NCBI GenBank assembly: GCA_002778465.1 | Contig: PFBV01000003.1 | Location: forward strand, 151,736-215,735 | Direction of reading: 5' to 3' | Length of the DNA: 64,000 nucleotides | Source of the DNA: Candidatus Magasanikbacteria bacterium CG10_big_fil_rev_8_21_14_0_10_36_32 | Lineage (GTDB): Bacteria; Patescibacteriota; Patescibacteriia; Magasanikbacterales; GWA2-37-8 | Shown here: positions 9,698 to 17,032 of the stretch, piece after piece | Position numbering within the stretch: position 1 is the stretch's first letter | How the letters are laid out: each line of letters opens with the position of its first letter | Made by a program: the position numbers and the translations under genes | Notes under the pieces: generated by a model | Told to the model about the DNA's origin: nothing | Seen by the model: the letters and a program-made list of their open reading frames with translations, nothing else | The model's database searches: none

Positions 9698-11908
9698 ATG
9701 AAAACACTAGTCATCGTAGAATCGCCGGCTAAAGCTAAGACCATTGCCAAATTTCTTGGTAAAAATTTTATAGTTAAATCTTCCTTTGGACATGTTCGTG
9801 ATTTGCCAAAAAGCAAACTCGGCATAGATATAGAAAATAATTTTACTCCTCAATATCAAGTCAGCCGTGATAAATCAAAAATAGTTAAAGAATTAAAAAC
9901 AGCGGCAACTAAAATTGATGATGTACTCTTCGCCACCGACCAAGATCGTGAGGGTGAAGCTATTTCTTGGCATTTAGCTTTTATTTTAAATATAGATGAA
10001 ACTAAAGCTAAAAGAATCACATTTCACGAAATTACCAGAAATGCCATTTTAGAAGCTGTGAAATCTCCAAGATTAATTGACATAAAATTAGTTGACGCTC
10101 AACAAGCGCGTCGTGTTTTAGATCGTTTGGTCGGTTATCAACTATCTCCTTTTCTTTGGCGTAAAGTTTCTAAAGGATTATCAGCTGGAAGAGTACAATC
10201 AGTAGCTGTTCGACTAGTAGTTGAACGTGAACGTGAGATACAAAATTTTAAAGCGGAGGAATATTGGACTTTAGAAGGAATATTCGCCGACAAAGACAGT
10301 AGAAAAAAATTTAATGGAAAACTCCATTCAATTAACGGCGAAAAACTTGGTAAAATGGATTTAAAAAACAAAGAACAAGTAGATAAAATAATCGCCGATT
10401 TAAAAAACGCCACATATAGTGTGGCATTAGCGGAAGATAAGGCCACTCAAAGATTGCCATTAGCTCCGTTTACGACTTCAACTTTACAACAGGAAGCCAA
10501 TCACAATCTTGGTTATTCAGCCAAACAAACAATGAGATTAGCTCAACAATTATATGAAGGTGTAGAATTAGGAGGAGATTCTGTTGGTTTGATTACTTAC
10601 ATGAGAACTGACTCAGTAAATTTATCAGAAAAATTTTTAATTGAAGCAAAACAAGTAATTAATGATCAGTACGGAGCCGACTATGTTGCTTCTACAACTC
10701 GTCAATATACCACAAAAAGTAAAAATGCTCAGGAGGCACACGAAGCTATTAGGCCAACCGAAGTTTTCCGAACTCCGGATTCGGTTCAACCGTTTTTAGA
10801 TAAAAAACAATTAAAACTATATGAACTTATTTGGCGACGCGCCGTTGCTTCACAAATGGCTGAAGCAAAACTTAACAATGTCACTCTTGATGTAATTTCC
10901 AACAACCAACACACTTTCCGCGCAACCGGACAAAGAGTGGTTTTTGATGGTTTCTTAAAACTTTTTCCAGAAAAAAATAAAGAACATATTTTACCAAAAA
11001 TGAATGTTGGTGACAAAGTTAAATGTCTGGAATTCAATCCTGAACAACATTCTACCGAACCGCCGGCTCGTTATTCTGATGCTACCCTAGTTAAAATATT
11101 GGAAGAATACGGCATTGGACGTCCATCAACTTATGCTCCCACGCTTGCCACTATTGAAGGACGCGGATATGTTGGTCGGGATGAAAAAAAACGTTTACAA
11201 CCGAAAGATATTGCTTTTTTGGTTAACGATTTATTAGTGCAACATTTTCCAAAAATTGTTGACTATCAATTCACCGCTCAAATGGAAGAGGATTTAGACC
11301 AAATTGCTTTAGGTAACAAACAATGGCAACCTGTGATTGCCGATTTTTATTATCCATTTAAAGAAAATTTAGAACAAAAAGATAAAGAATTAACCAAAAA
11401 AGATATAGTACAAGAAGAAACTGATATCATTTGTGAAAAATGTGGAGCGCCAATGATAAATAAATTTAGCCGTTATGGAAAATTTTTAGCTTGTTCCGCT
11501 TTTCCAAATTGTAAAAATACTAAATCATTGGATAAAGACGGAAATCCGGAAATTGAAGAAGGAGAGCCAATAACGGAAAAATGTGAAAAATGCGGCGAAG
11601 CAATGGTTAAAAAAATTGGACGTTTTGGAGCATTTCTTGCTTGTTCTGGTTATCCTAAATGTAAAAATATAAAAAATATTGATATTAAAATAGACATGGC
11701 TTGTCCAAAATGCTTAAATGGCGATGTTGTAGAACGACGCAGCCGACGAGGAAAAATTTTCTACGGTTGCAATCGCTATCCGAAATGTGATTTTGCATTA
11801 TGGAATAAACCAGCTGGAAAAACTTGTAAAATTTGCCAATCACAAATGATTTATGATAAAAAAAATCAAATCATTTGCAGTAACAAGGAATGTTCCAGTC
11901 AAAAATAA
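9698..11908 (+). CDS. topA: DNA topoisomerase I with C-terminal Zn ribbons
   Basis: LVIVESPAKAKTI, ATDQDREGEAI, SAGRVQS, LITYMRTDS; repeated CxxC ribbons. Confidence 0.98.
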   Translation: MKTLVIVESPAKAKTIAKFLGKNFIVKSSFGHVRDLPKSKLGIDIENNFTPQYQVSRDKSKIVKELKTAATKIDDVLFATDQDREGEAISWHLAFILNIDETKAKRITFHEITRNAILEAVKSPRLIDIKLVDAQQARRVLDRLVGYQLSPFLWRKVSKGLSAGRVQSVAVRLVVEREREIQNFKAEEYWTLEGIFADKDSRKKFNGKLHSINGEKLGKMDLKNKEQVDKIIADLKNATYSVALAEDKATQRLPLAPFTTSTLQQEANHNLGYSAKQTMRLAQQLYEGVELGGDSVGLITYMRTDSVNLSEKFLIEAKQVINDQYGADYVASTTRQYTTKSKNAQEAHEAIRPTEVFRTPDSVQPFLDKKQLKLYELIWRRAVASQMAEAKLNNVTLDVISNNQHTFRATGQRVVFDGFLKLFPEKNKEHILPKMNVGDKVKCLEFNPEQHSTEPPARYSDATLVKILEEYGIGRPSTYAPTLATIEGRGYVGRDEKKRLQPKDIAFLVNDLLVQHFPKIVDYQFTAQMEEDLDQIALGNKQWQPVIADFYYPFKENLEQKDKELTKKDIVQEETDIICEKCGAPMINKFSRYGKFLACSAFPNCKNTKSLDKDGNPEIEEGEPITEKCEKCGEAMVKKIGRFGAFLACSGYPKCKNIKNIDIKIDMACPKCLNGDVVERRSRRGKIFYGCNRYPKCDFALWNKPAGKTCKICQSQMIYDKKNQIICSNKECSSQK

Positions 11909-11910
11909 TT

Positions 11911-12363
11911 ATGGATGGTCAACTTAAAAATTTTCAATCTCCTTCCATTGAAAGATTGATTGCTATAATTATTTTTTCTTTTTTAGCCACTTTTACAATT
12001 TCTCGTTTAATGGTTTATTTAGTGCTTGAACATTTAATGCCAGATTTCTTTCTTACCATTAAAGGTGTCCACATACACCATTTCGCTTATGGAGTATTTA
12101 TCCTAACTGTTATCAGTTTTTATTTCATTATTGGCCAACCAACATCTGGCACCAAACGATTCCGTTGGGCAACAGCAATCTACGGTATTGGTTTAGGACT
12201 GACTTTTGACGAATTTGGAATGTGGATACATTTAGAAGATAATTATTGGATTAGACAAAGCTACGATGCTGTCATTATTATTACTTTACTGCTTTTAAAT
12301 ATCGCTTATCGAAAATTTGTGTGGCGGTGGCTAAAAGAAATATACCGTTTAGTTAAAAAATAA
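11911..12363 (+). CDS. Hypothetical multi-pass membrane protein (HIHH motif)
   Basis: About 4 hydrophobic segments; GVHIHHFAYG and GIGLGLTFDEF motifs. Confidence 0.7.
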   Translation: MDGQLKNFQSPSIERLIAIIIFSFLATFTISRLMVYLVLEHLMPDFFLTIKGVHIHHFAYGVFILTVISFYFIIGQPTSGTKRFRWATAIYGIGLGLTFDEFGMWIHLEDNYWIRQSYDAVIIITLLLLNIAYRKFVWRWLKEIYRLVKK

Positions 12364-12367
12364 ATAA

Positions 12368-12400
12368 CTAAAAAATCCCTTTCAAAAGGGATTTTTTAGT
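12368..12400. terminator. Bidirectional intrinsic terminator
   Basis: actaaaaaatccctt-tca-aagggattttttagt-type long inverted repeat. Confidence 0.75.
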
Positions 12401-12460
12401 GCAGGCGCGAAGGGCGAACCTTAATGCCAATGGTGATACAAAGGGCCAATCGCGACCTGC
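12400..12460 (-). ncRNA. Candidate small RNA 2 (closed stem with large loop)
   Basis: Minus-strand promoter TTGCAT-17-TAGAAT (12495-12467); predicted start about 12460 coincides with the stem GCAGGUCGCGA/UCGCGCCUGC; terminator follows. Confidence 0.45.
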
Positions 12461-12507
12461 TTCAATATTCTATCAAAAACAGTCTAAATATGCAAGAAAA
12501 AACGATT

Positions 12508-12574
12508 AAAATAGGAATACCGCCCCGTAAAACGGAGCGGTATTCTTTAGCACTAAAGGTTTTTTTGTATCACG
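12508..12574 (-). ncRNA. Candidate small RNA 1
   Basis: Consensus promoter TTGACA-17-TATAAT (12609-12581) with no ORF downstream; ends in hairpin GAAUACCGCUCCGU-UUU-ACGGGGCGGUAUUC. Confidence 0.45.
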
Positions 12575-12654
12575 AAAAGTATTATAGCACATTTTAAGGC
12601 TCTTGTCAAGTCCTGTAAATGGTAATACAATTAAATTCTACTATACTCTTATAT

Positions 12655-14151
12655 ATGGGTTTAGATATTTCAATGCCAAAACCGATAACTGTCGGACATT
12701 TGGTTAAACAACTCAAAAAATATTGCCGTCCTACCGACATTGATTTTGTTAGGCTAGCTTATGATTTTGCTGCCGAAGCTCATAAAGGACAATTTCGCAA
12801 ATCAGGAGAACCATATATTAACCATCCCCTATCAGCTGCCTATCTTTTATCTAAAATTAAAATTGACACAAACATCATCGTCGCCGCTTTGCTACATGAT
12901 GTACCGGAAGATACTAATGTTTCTATACAAGAAATAGAAGAAAATTTTGGATCAGACATTGCTATTATGGTTACTGGCATCACTAAACTTGGAAAATTAA
13001 AATATCGCGGCATGGAACGATATATTGAAAACTTAAGAAAAATGTTTGTCGCCATGGCTGAAGATATGCGGGTTATTATTATTAAATTTGTTGATAGAAT
13101 TCATAACTTAATGACTTTAGATGCTCATTCTCCCGCAAAAAGACATCTCATTGCTTTAGAAAGTTTGGAAATATATGCTCCGATTGCCAATCGTTTAGGA
13201 ATGGGTGAAATAAAAGGCACACTTGAAGATTTGGCGTTTCCTTATGTTTTTCCAAAAGAATATAAAAAAGTTAAATATTTACGGGATAACCAACTGGCTG
13301 AAGAAAGTATTTATTTGGATCAGGTAATTAAAACCACAAGAAAAAAACTATTAGATGATGGTATTAAAGTTTTAGATATTCACGGTCGTGAAAAACAATT
13401 ATACAGTTTATATCAAAAACTTTTATTAAAAAATTGGGAAATAGATAAAATTCATGATATTGTAGCGGTGAGAATTATTGTTCCTGATTTAACAAATTGT
13501 TATGCCGCGTTGGGAACAATTCATCGTTTATGGAAACCGCTCAAAGGACGTATTAAAGATTATGTCGCTCAACCAAAACCAAACGGTTACAAATCACTTC
13601 ACACTACTGTATTTTGCAACGAGGGTCGAGTGGTGGAATTTCAAATTCGTACTGAAGAAATGCATAAAGAAGCCGAGTATGGTATTGCCGCCCATTGGCA
13701 TTATGATGAAAAAGGAAAATTGAAAAAAGTTCCAACTAAAGATATTGCTTGGGCTCAAGAATTAGCAAAAATACAAAAAGAAAAACTGCATAATATTTCC
13801 GATTTAGAATCTTTGAAAATTGATTTTTTTCAAAATAGAATTTTTGTTTTCACACCCAATGGCGATGTTATTGATTTGCCGGAAAACGCCACTCCGATTG
13901 ATTTCGCTTATTATATTCATTCTGAAATCGGACATAAATGCAACGGAGCAAGAATCAATGACCAAATGGTCAGTTTAGATACGGCTTTAAAAAGCGGCGA
14001 TGTGGTGGAAATTTTAACTGATAAAAATCGTAAAGGACCAAGTCCGGACTGGTTAAAAATAGTAAAAACCACCGCCGCCAAAGATAAAATAAAAAGTTAT
14101 TTGAATGGCGCCAAACGCAGCTGGATAAAAAATCTCCTGCCGTTAAAATAA
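12655..14151 (+). CDS. relA: RelA/SpoT-family (p)ppGpp synthetase/hydrolase (HD + synthetase + TGS, no C-terminal ACT)
   Basis: HKGQFRKSGEPYINHP, LLHDVPED, KDYVAQPKPNGYKSLHT, AEYGIAAHW, TGS TPIDFAYYIH; start codon uncertain. Confidence 0.93.
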   Translation: MGLDISMPKPITVGHLVKQLKKYCRPTDIDFVRLAYDFAAEAHKGQFRKSGEPYINHPLSAAYLLSKIKIDTNIIVAALLHDVPEDTNVSIQEIEENFGSDIAIMVTGITKLGKLKYRGMERYIENLRKMFVAMAEDMRVIIIKFVDRIHNLMTLDAHSPAKRHLIALESLEIYAPIANRLGMGEIKGTLEDLAFPYVFPKEYKKVKYLRDNQLAEESIYLDQVIKTTRKKLLDDGIKVLDIHGREKQLYSLYQKLLLKNWEIDKIHDIVAVRIIVPDLTNCYAALGTIHRLWKPLKGRIKDYVAQPKPNGYKSLHTTVFCNEGRVVEFQIRTEEMHKEAEYGIAAHWHYDEKGKLKKVPTKDIAWAQELAKIQKEKLHNISDLESLKIDFFQNRIFVFTPNGDVIDLPENATPIDFAYYIHSEIGHKCNGARINDQMVSLDTALKSGDVVEILTDKNRKGPSPDWLKIVKTTAAKDKIKSYLNGAKRSWIKNLLPLK

Positions 14152-14163
14152 ATAAATTCAATT

Positions 14164-15165
14164 CTATTGGCTCACCCAATATTTTTGCAGAAGTTCGCTT
14201 CTGATTTTTTGCGTGTTTCCGTGTTTCAGCATCCCCAAATATGATTGTAATGTTTCCTCTTTTGGATTTTCTTTCACACTGGCAAACATCCTTCTTTTTG
14301 TCGCCCGCCGCAAAACGCGATGGTCGGGAAAATTAACCCAGCCGAGAAAATCCGCGCCGGAAGCGTAGGTTTGAATAAAAACTTTTTTATCGTGCAAAGA
14401 CAATTTCAGCCGTGTTTGTAAAAATTCGGCGATTCGTAAAATAATATTTTTAAGCCATTTTTTGTCCGCTGATAATATGGCAAAATCATCAGCGTAACGG
14501 ATATATTTTTTCGCGCGCAAATTATGTTTCATCCATTGGTCCAATTCATTCAAATAGACATTGGAAAATAATTGAGAAGTCAAATTACCCAGCGGTAAAC
14601 CGACACCGGTTTTGTTTTCGTCGGAATAACTCTCAATCACATTTTTTAACAGCCGCATAATATTTTTATTCGGGATATATTCATCTAAAATTTCCATCAA
14701 AATATTATGGTCAATGCTGGCGAAAAACTTGCGAATATCGCATTTTAATATCCAGCAAGTCCGGCTGTTATTGCGGCTTTCGCTTAAAGCCATCCGTTGA
14801 AACCGCTTGACCGCTTTGTGTGTGCCTTTATTCAGACGGCAAGAATACGAATCGGCGATGAATAACCGGTCAAAAAACGAATATAATATCCGATAAATGG
14901 CGTGATGCAACAAGCGATCGCGGACGCCGGCTTTGTGGATGTGGCGCGGCTTCGGGTCGCTGATATTAAACGCTTCGTAAGGCCCGTGCCGGTAATTTCC
15001 GCTTGCCAAATCTTCGTGAAGAGATATAATATTATCAGCTAGGTTGCGGCTGAATTCTAAAACATCAGGCTTGGATTTCTTGCCGACAACAAACTCGCCC
15101 CAGGCGAGAAATAAATTTTCAAATGAAATAATATCTTCAAAACTATGGTTCAGCTTGCTTTTCAT
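14164..15165 (-). CDS. DGR reverse transcriptase
   Basis: KPRHI, RDRLLHHA, DSYSCR..KGTH, CDIRKFFASIDH, GLPLGNLTSQ (DGR-type GxxxSQ), YIRYADD; ATG 15165 preceded by AGAGGA; 333 aa with no maturase/endonuclease domain. Confidence 0.95.
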   Translation of the reverse strand: MKSKLNHSFEDIISFENLFLAWGEFVVGKKSKPDVLEFSRNLADNIISLHEDLASGNYRHGPYEAFNISDPKPRHIHKAGVRDRLLHHAIYRILYSFFDRLFIADSYSCRLNKGTHKAVKRFQRMALSESRNNSRTCWILKCDIRKFFASIDHNILMEILDEYIPNKNIMRLLKNVIESYSDENKTGVGLPLGNLTSQLFSNVYLNELDQWMKHNLRAKKYIRYADDFAILSADKKWLKNIILRIAEFLQTRLKLSLHDKKVFIQTYASGADFLGWVNFPDHRVLRRATKRRMFASVKENPKEETLQSYLGMLKHGNTQKIRSELLQKYWVSQ

Positions 15166-15185
15166 AATAATAATTCCTCTTATAA

Positions 15186-15195
15186 CCCCCCCCCC
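15186..15195 (+). repeat. C10 homopolymer at the RT/avd junction
   Basis: tataa-cccccccccc-gacaa read directly. Confidence 0.95.
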
Positions 15196-15203
15196 GACAA
15201 CCC

Positions 15204-15548
15204 GTGGTGATTGGCAAGGGTAAGGAAGCATACCAACTCTGGCTTGTTCTTCATAGAAACTTTCCCAAAACGGAACGTTTTGGTTTGGGTCAAAAAATTG
15301 ACACAATATTTTTAGAAATTTTAGAACTTGGTTATTCGGCCGGATATCTGCCGCCCGAACAGAAAACCGTCGCCTTGGGAAAAACCATCACTCGCTTGGA
15401 TATATTAAAATTTCTTTTTCAAATTGCATGGGAAAATAAACTGATTCCAAACAATAAATACATTATACTGTCTCAAAAACTGGAAGAAATCGGCCGCATG
15501 CTCGGCGGCTGGAAAAAGGGGCTTCTAAACAAAACTCCCGTAAATTAA
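15204..15548 (+). CDS. avd: Accessory variability determinant (Avd/bAvd-like four-helix-bundle protein); true start may be ATG 15145 across the C10 tract
   Basis: FPKTERFGLGQKID, LDILKFL, LEEIGRMLGGW; lies between RT and TR on the opposite strand. Confidence 0.88.
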   Translation: MVIGKGKEAYQLWLVLHRNFPKTERFGLGQKIDTIFLEILELGYSAGYLPPEQKTVALGKTITRLDILKFLFQIAWENKLIPNNKYIILSQKLEEIGRMLGGWKKGLLNKTPVN

Positions 15549-15555
15549 ACGGGAG
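15535..15555 (-). terminator. Hairpin 3' of TR (possible end of TR RNA)
   Basis: CTCCCGT-TTAATTT-ACGGGAG followed by TTTTGTTT on minus strand. Confidence 0.5.
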
Positions 15556-15567
15556 AAAACAACAGTC

Positions 15568-15668
15568 GCGAGAAAAGACACGGTTGCCAGCGTTCCACCT
15601 GTTCGGATTCTCAACCGAATTGGCGTTCACGTTCCAGCCGTCATCGTTCCGGTTTACGTTCACGGCGC
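15568..15668 (-). repeat. DGR template repeat (TR)
   Basis: 101 bp aligning without gaps to 16010-16110; 10 AAC/AAT codons and 25 adenines on the minus strand. Confidence 0.95.
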
Positions 15669-15926
15669 CCGTTTTCACGCAAAAAATCATCCTTTGCACC
15701 ATTCCTTGAATACTCTTGGAATTGAATTTTATATGGGACATAAGAAGTCCTCTAATTTTTCGCGCCGATTCTTGTTTTTTTGAAAAATTTTTTTATACTC
15801 TCGCGCAAGGCATGCCCAGCACGACTCTCACAAAAAATATTTTAGATACTGTGTCACGCAAGCCGTAGCCGACGCGAAAAACACAATTTCCATTTTTATA
15901 ATAGCATAAAATTTTAGATAAAAAAA

Positions 15927-15946
15927 GCCCCGCACAAGTGCGGGGC
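15927..15946 (-). promoter_or_regulatory. GC-rich hairpin downstream of VR1 (DGR target hairpin and/or terminator)
   Basis: GCCCCGCAC-TT-GTGCGGGGC then T-run, 60 nt after the target stop; conserved at the remote target. Confidence 0.75.
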
Positions 15947-16006
15947 CGAAGAGCCAAAGGAACAAAGAGTTAAAGGGTCAAAAGGATAAGGATAAGGAAA
16001 CAAGAA

Positions 16007-16603
16007 TCAGCGAGAAAAGACACGGCTGCCAGCGCTCCACCTGTCCGGATCCTCAACCGAATTGGCGTGCACGTCCCAGCCGTCACCGTACCGGTGGACG
16101 TACACGGCGCGGAGCACTCCACTGACATCGCGAACATAGAAGATGTTCGTATAGCCGTTGGTGAGAAGTACGCCCGGCTCGCCGTTTGGCTGACAATTCA
16201 CCAGTTTGTAAACGCCGGCCATGGTGACTTCGGCCTTGGCTTCGCCGCCGAGGTCGTTGAGAATTTCGCAATCCAGAGAGACCTTGCTGAGGTCGTGGTG
16301 AGGACGCGAAACCGCCACATCCTTCGCTTCCTCGGTCTTGCCGTAGAACCAGGACTTAAAATTGTCGCCGATGTACAAGAACTTGATGGTGATGTTGGAC
16401 AGCTTGAAGTGGTCGGCGATGGCGAACTTGGTGACGGTGCCGACGATCAGGGCGGCGATCTGCTTGCGCAGGTCGGCGTCCTTGAGCACGCGCTCCATGT
16501 CGCTGTCATCCCCGCCGATGTCCAGCACGGCGTTGGCGATGGCCTTCATAAACCCGAAGGCCTTGCCCATCCCCTTCAGGAACTCACTCGTTTTCTTTGC
16601 CAT
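16007..16603 (-). CDS. DGR target protein 1 (C-terminal variable domain, probably CLec-like fold)
   Basis: C-terminal 33 codons form VR1 (AVYVHRYGDGWDVHANSVEDPDRWSAGSRVFSR); AAGGAG RBS; GC-rich (40/60 G+C at 16441-16500). Confidence 0.92.
   Translation of the reverse strand: MAKKTSEFLKGMGKAFGFMKAIANAVLDIGGDDSDMERVLKDADLRKQIAALIVGTVTKFAIADHFKLSNITIKFLYIGDNFKSWFYGKTEEAKDVAVSRPHHDLSKVSLDCEILNDLGGEAKAEVTMAGVYKLVNCQPNGEPGVLLTNGYTNIFYVRDVSGVLRAVYVHRYGDGWDVHANSVEDPDRWSAGSRVFSR
16010..16110 (-). repeat. DGR variable repeat VR1
   Basis: 11 mismatches vs TR, all at TR adenines. Confidence 0.95.
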
Positions 16604-16699
16604 GACACTTTCTCCTTGTTTTTGGTCTGCCTCTTGCTAACGCGACATGCGCCAGCCTATGGCTTGCCATTTTTAAAGAACATTACATTATAAGCGAAG

Positions 16700-16840
16700 C
16701 TTAAAATTACGGCGTTGCTCATATAATGAAAAATAAATTTTCCATTTATTCACAACTTGCCATTATAAGTGAAAATCTTGAAATGGCGGCGTTGTTCATA
16801 TATAGAAAACAAGGTTTTTCATCTATTCACAACTTGCCAT
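16700..16840. repeat. Two diverged tandem copies of a ~70-bp palindromic repeat in the target-1 leader
   Basis: ggcgttgctcatataatgaaaaataaattttccatttattcacaacttgcc and ggcgttgttcatatatagaaaacaaggtttttcatctattcacaacttgcc. Confidence 0.85.
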
Positions 16841-16867
16841 TATAGCACATTTTGAAGGTTTTGTCAA
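16839..16867 (-). promoter_or_regulatory. Sigma70 consensus promoter for target 1
   Basis: TTGACA-aaaccttcaaaatgtgc(17)-TATAAT with extended -10 TG. Confidence 0.8.
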
Positions 16868-17032
16868 GGGTTTAATTTGGTTAAAATTAACCAAAACAAA
16901 AAAATATAAAATCATACCAATTCTCAATTTTCAATCAATTTTACAATTTTTAAATTTTCAACTGGCTATTTTTTTATAAAAAATACACAGCAAAAAATCC
17001 GACCTTTCAGCCGGATTTTTTAAATTATTTTT

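Larger units (their letters stand above)
14164..16867. mobile_element. Diversity-generating retroelement (RT, avd, TR, target gene with VR, promoter)
   Basis: All four DGR components present; TR/VR mismatches confined to TR adenines. Confidence 0.95.

Noticed and set aside
12400-12460. Degenerate tRNA or tmRNA fragment (closed stem plus AAGG-TTCGC-CCTT)
   Set aside because: No D-arm or anticodon arm, no G3-U70 and too short; kept only as an unknown ncRNA candidate
14164-15165. Group II intron or retron RT
   Set aside because: No maturase/endonuclease domain or VTG motif; GxxxSQ motif, avd and TR/VR identify a DGR
15166-15306. N-terminal extension of RT in the ORF track
   Set aside because: Antisense to avd and non-RT-like; ATG 15165 has an RBS and gives a typical DGR RT size
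15463-15741. 92-aa minus-strand ORF resembling the target C-terminus
   Set aside because: It is the TR read in frame (Asn-rich from AAC codons), overlaps avd antisense and has no clear RBS
16067-16693. 208-aa plus-strand ORF, and the similar 217-aa ORF at 43961-44614
   Set aside because: Antisense shadows of the GC-rich target genes
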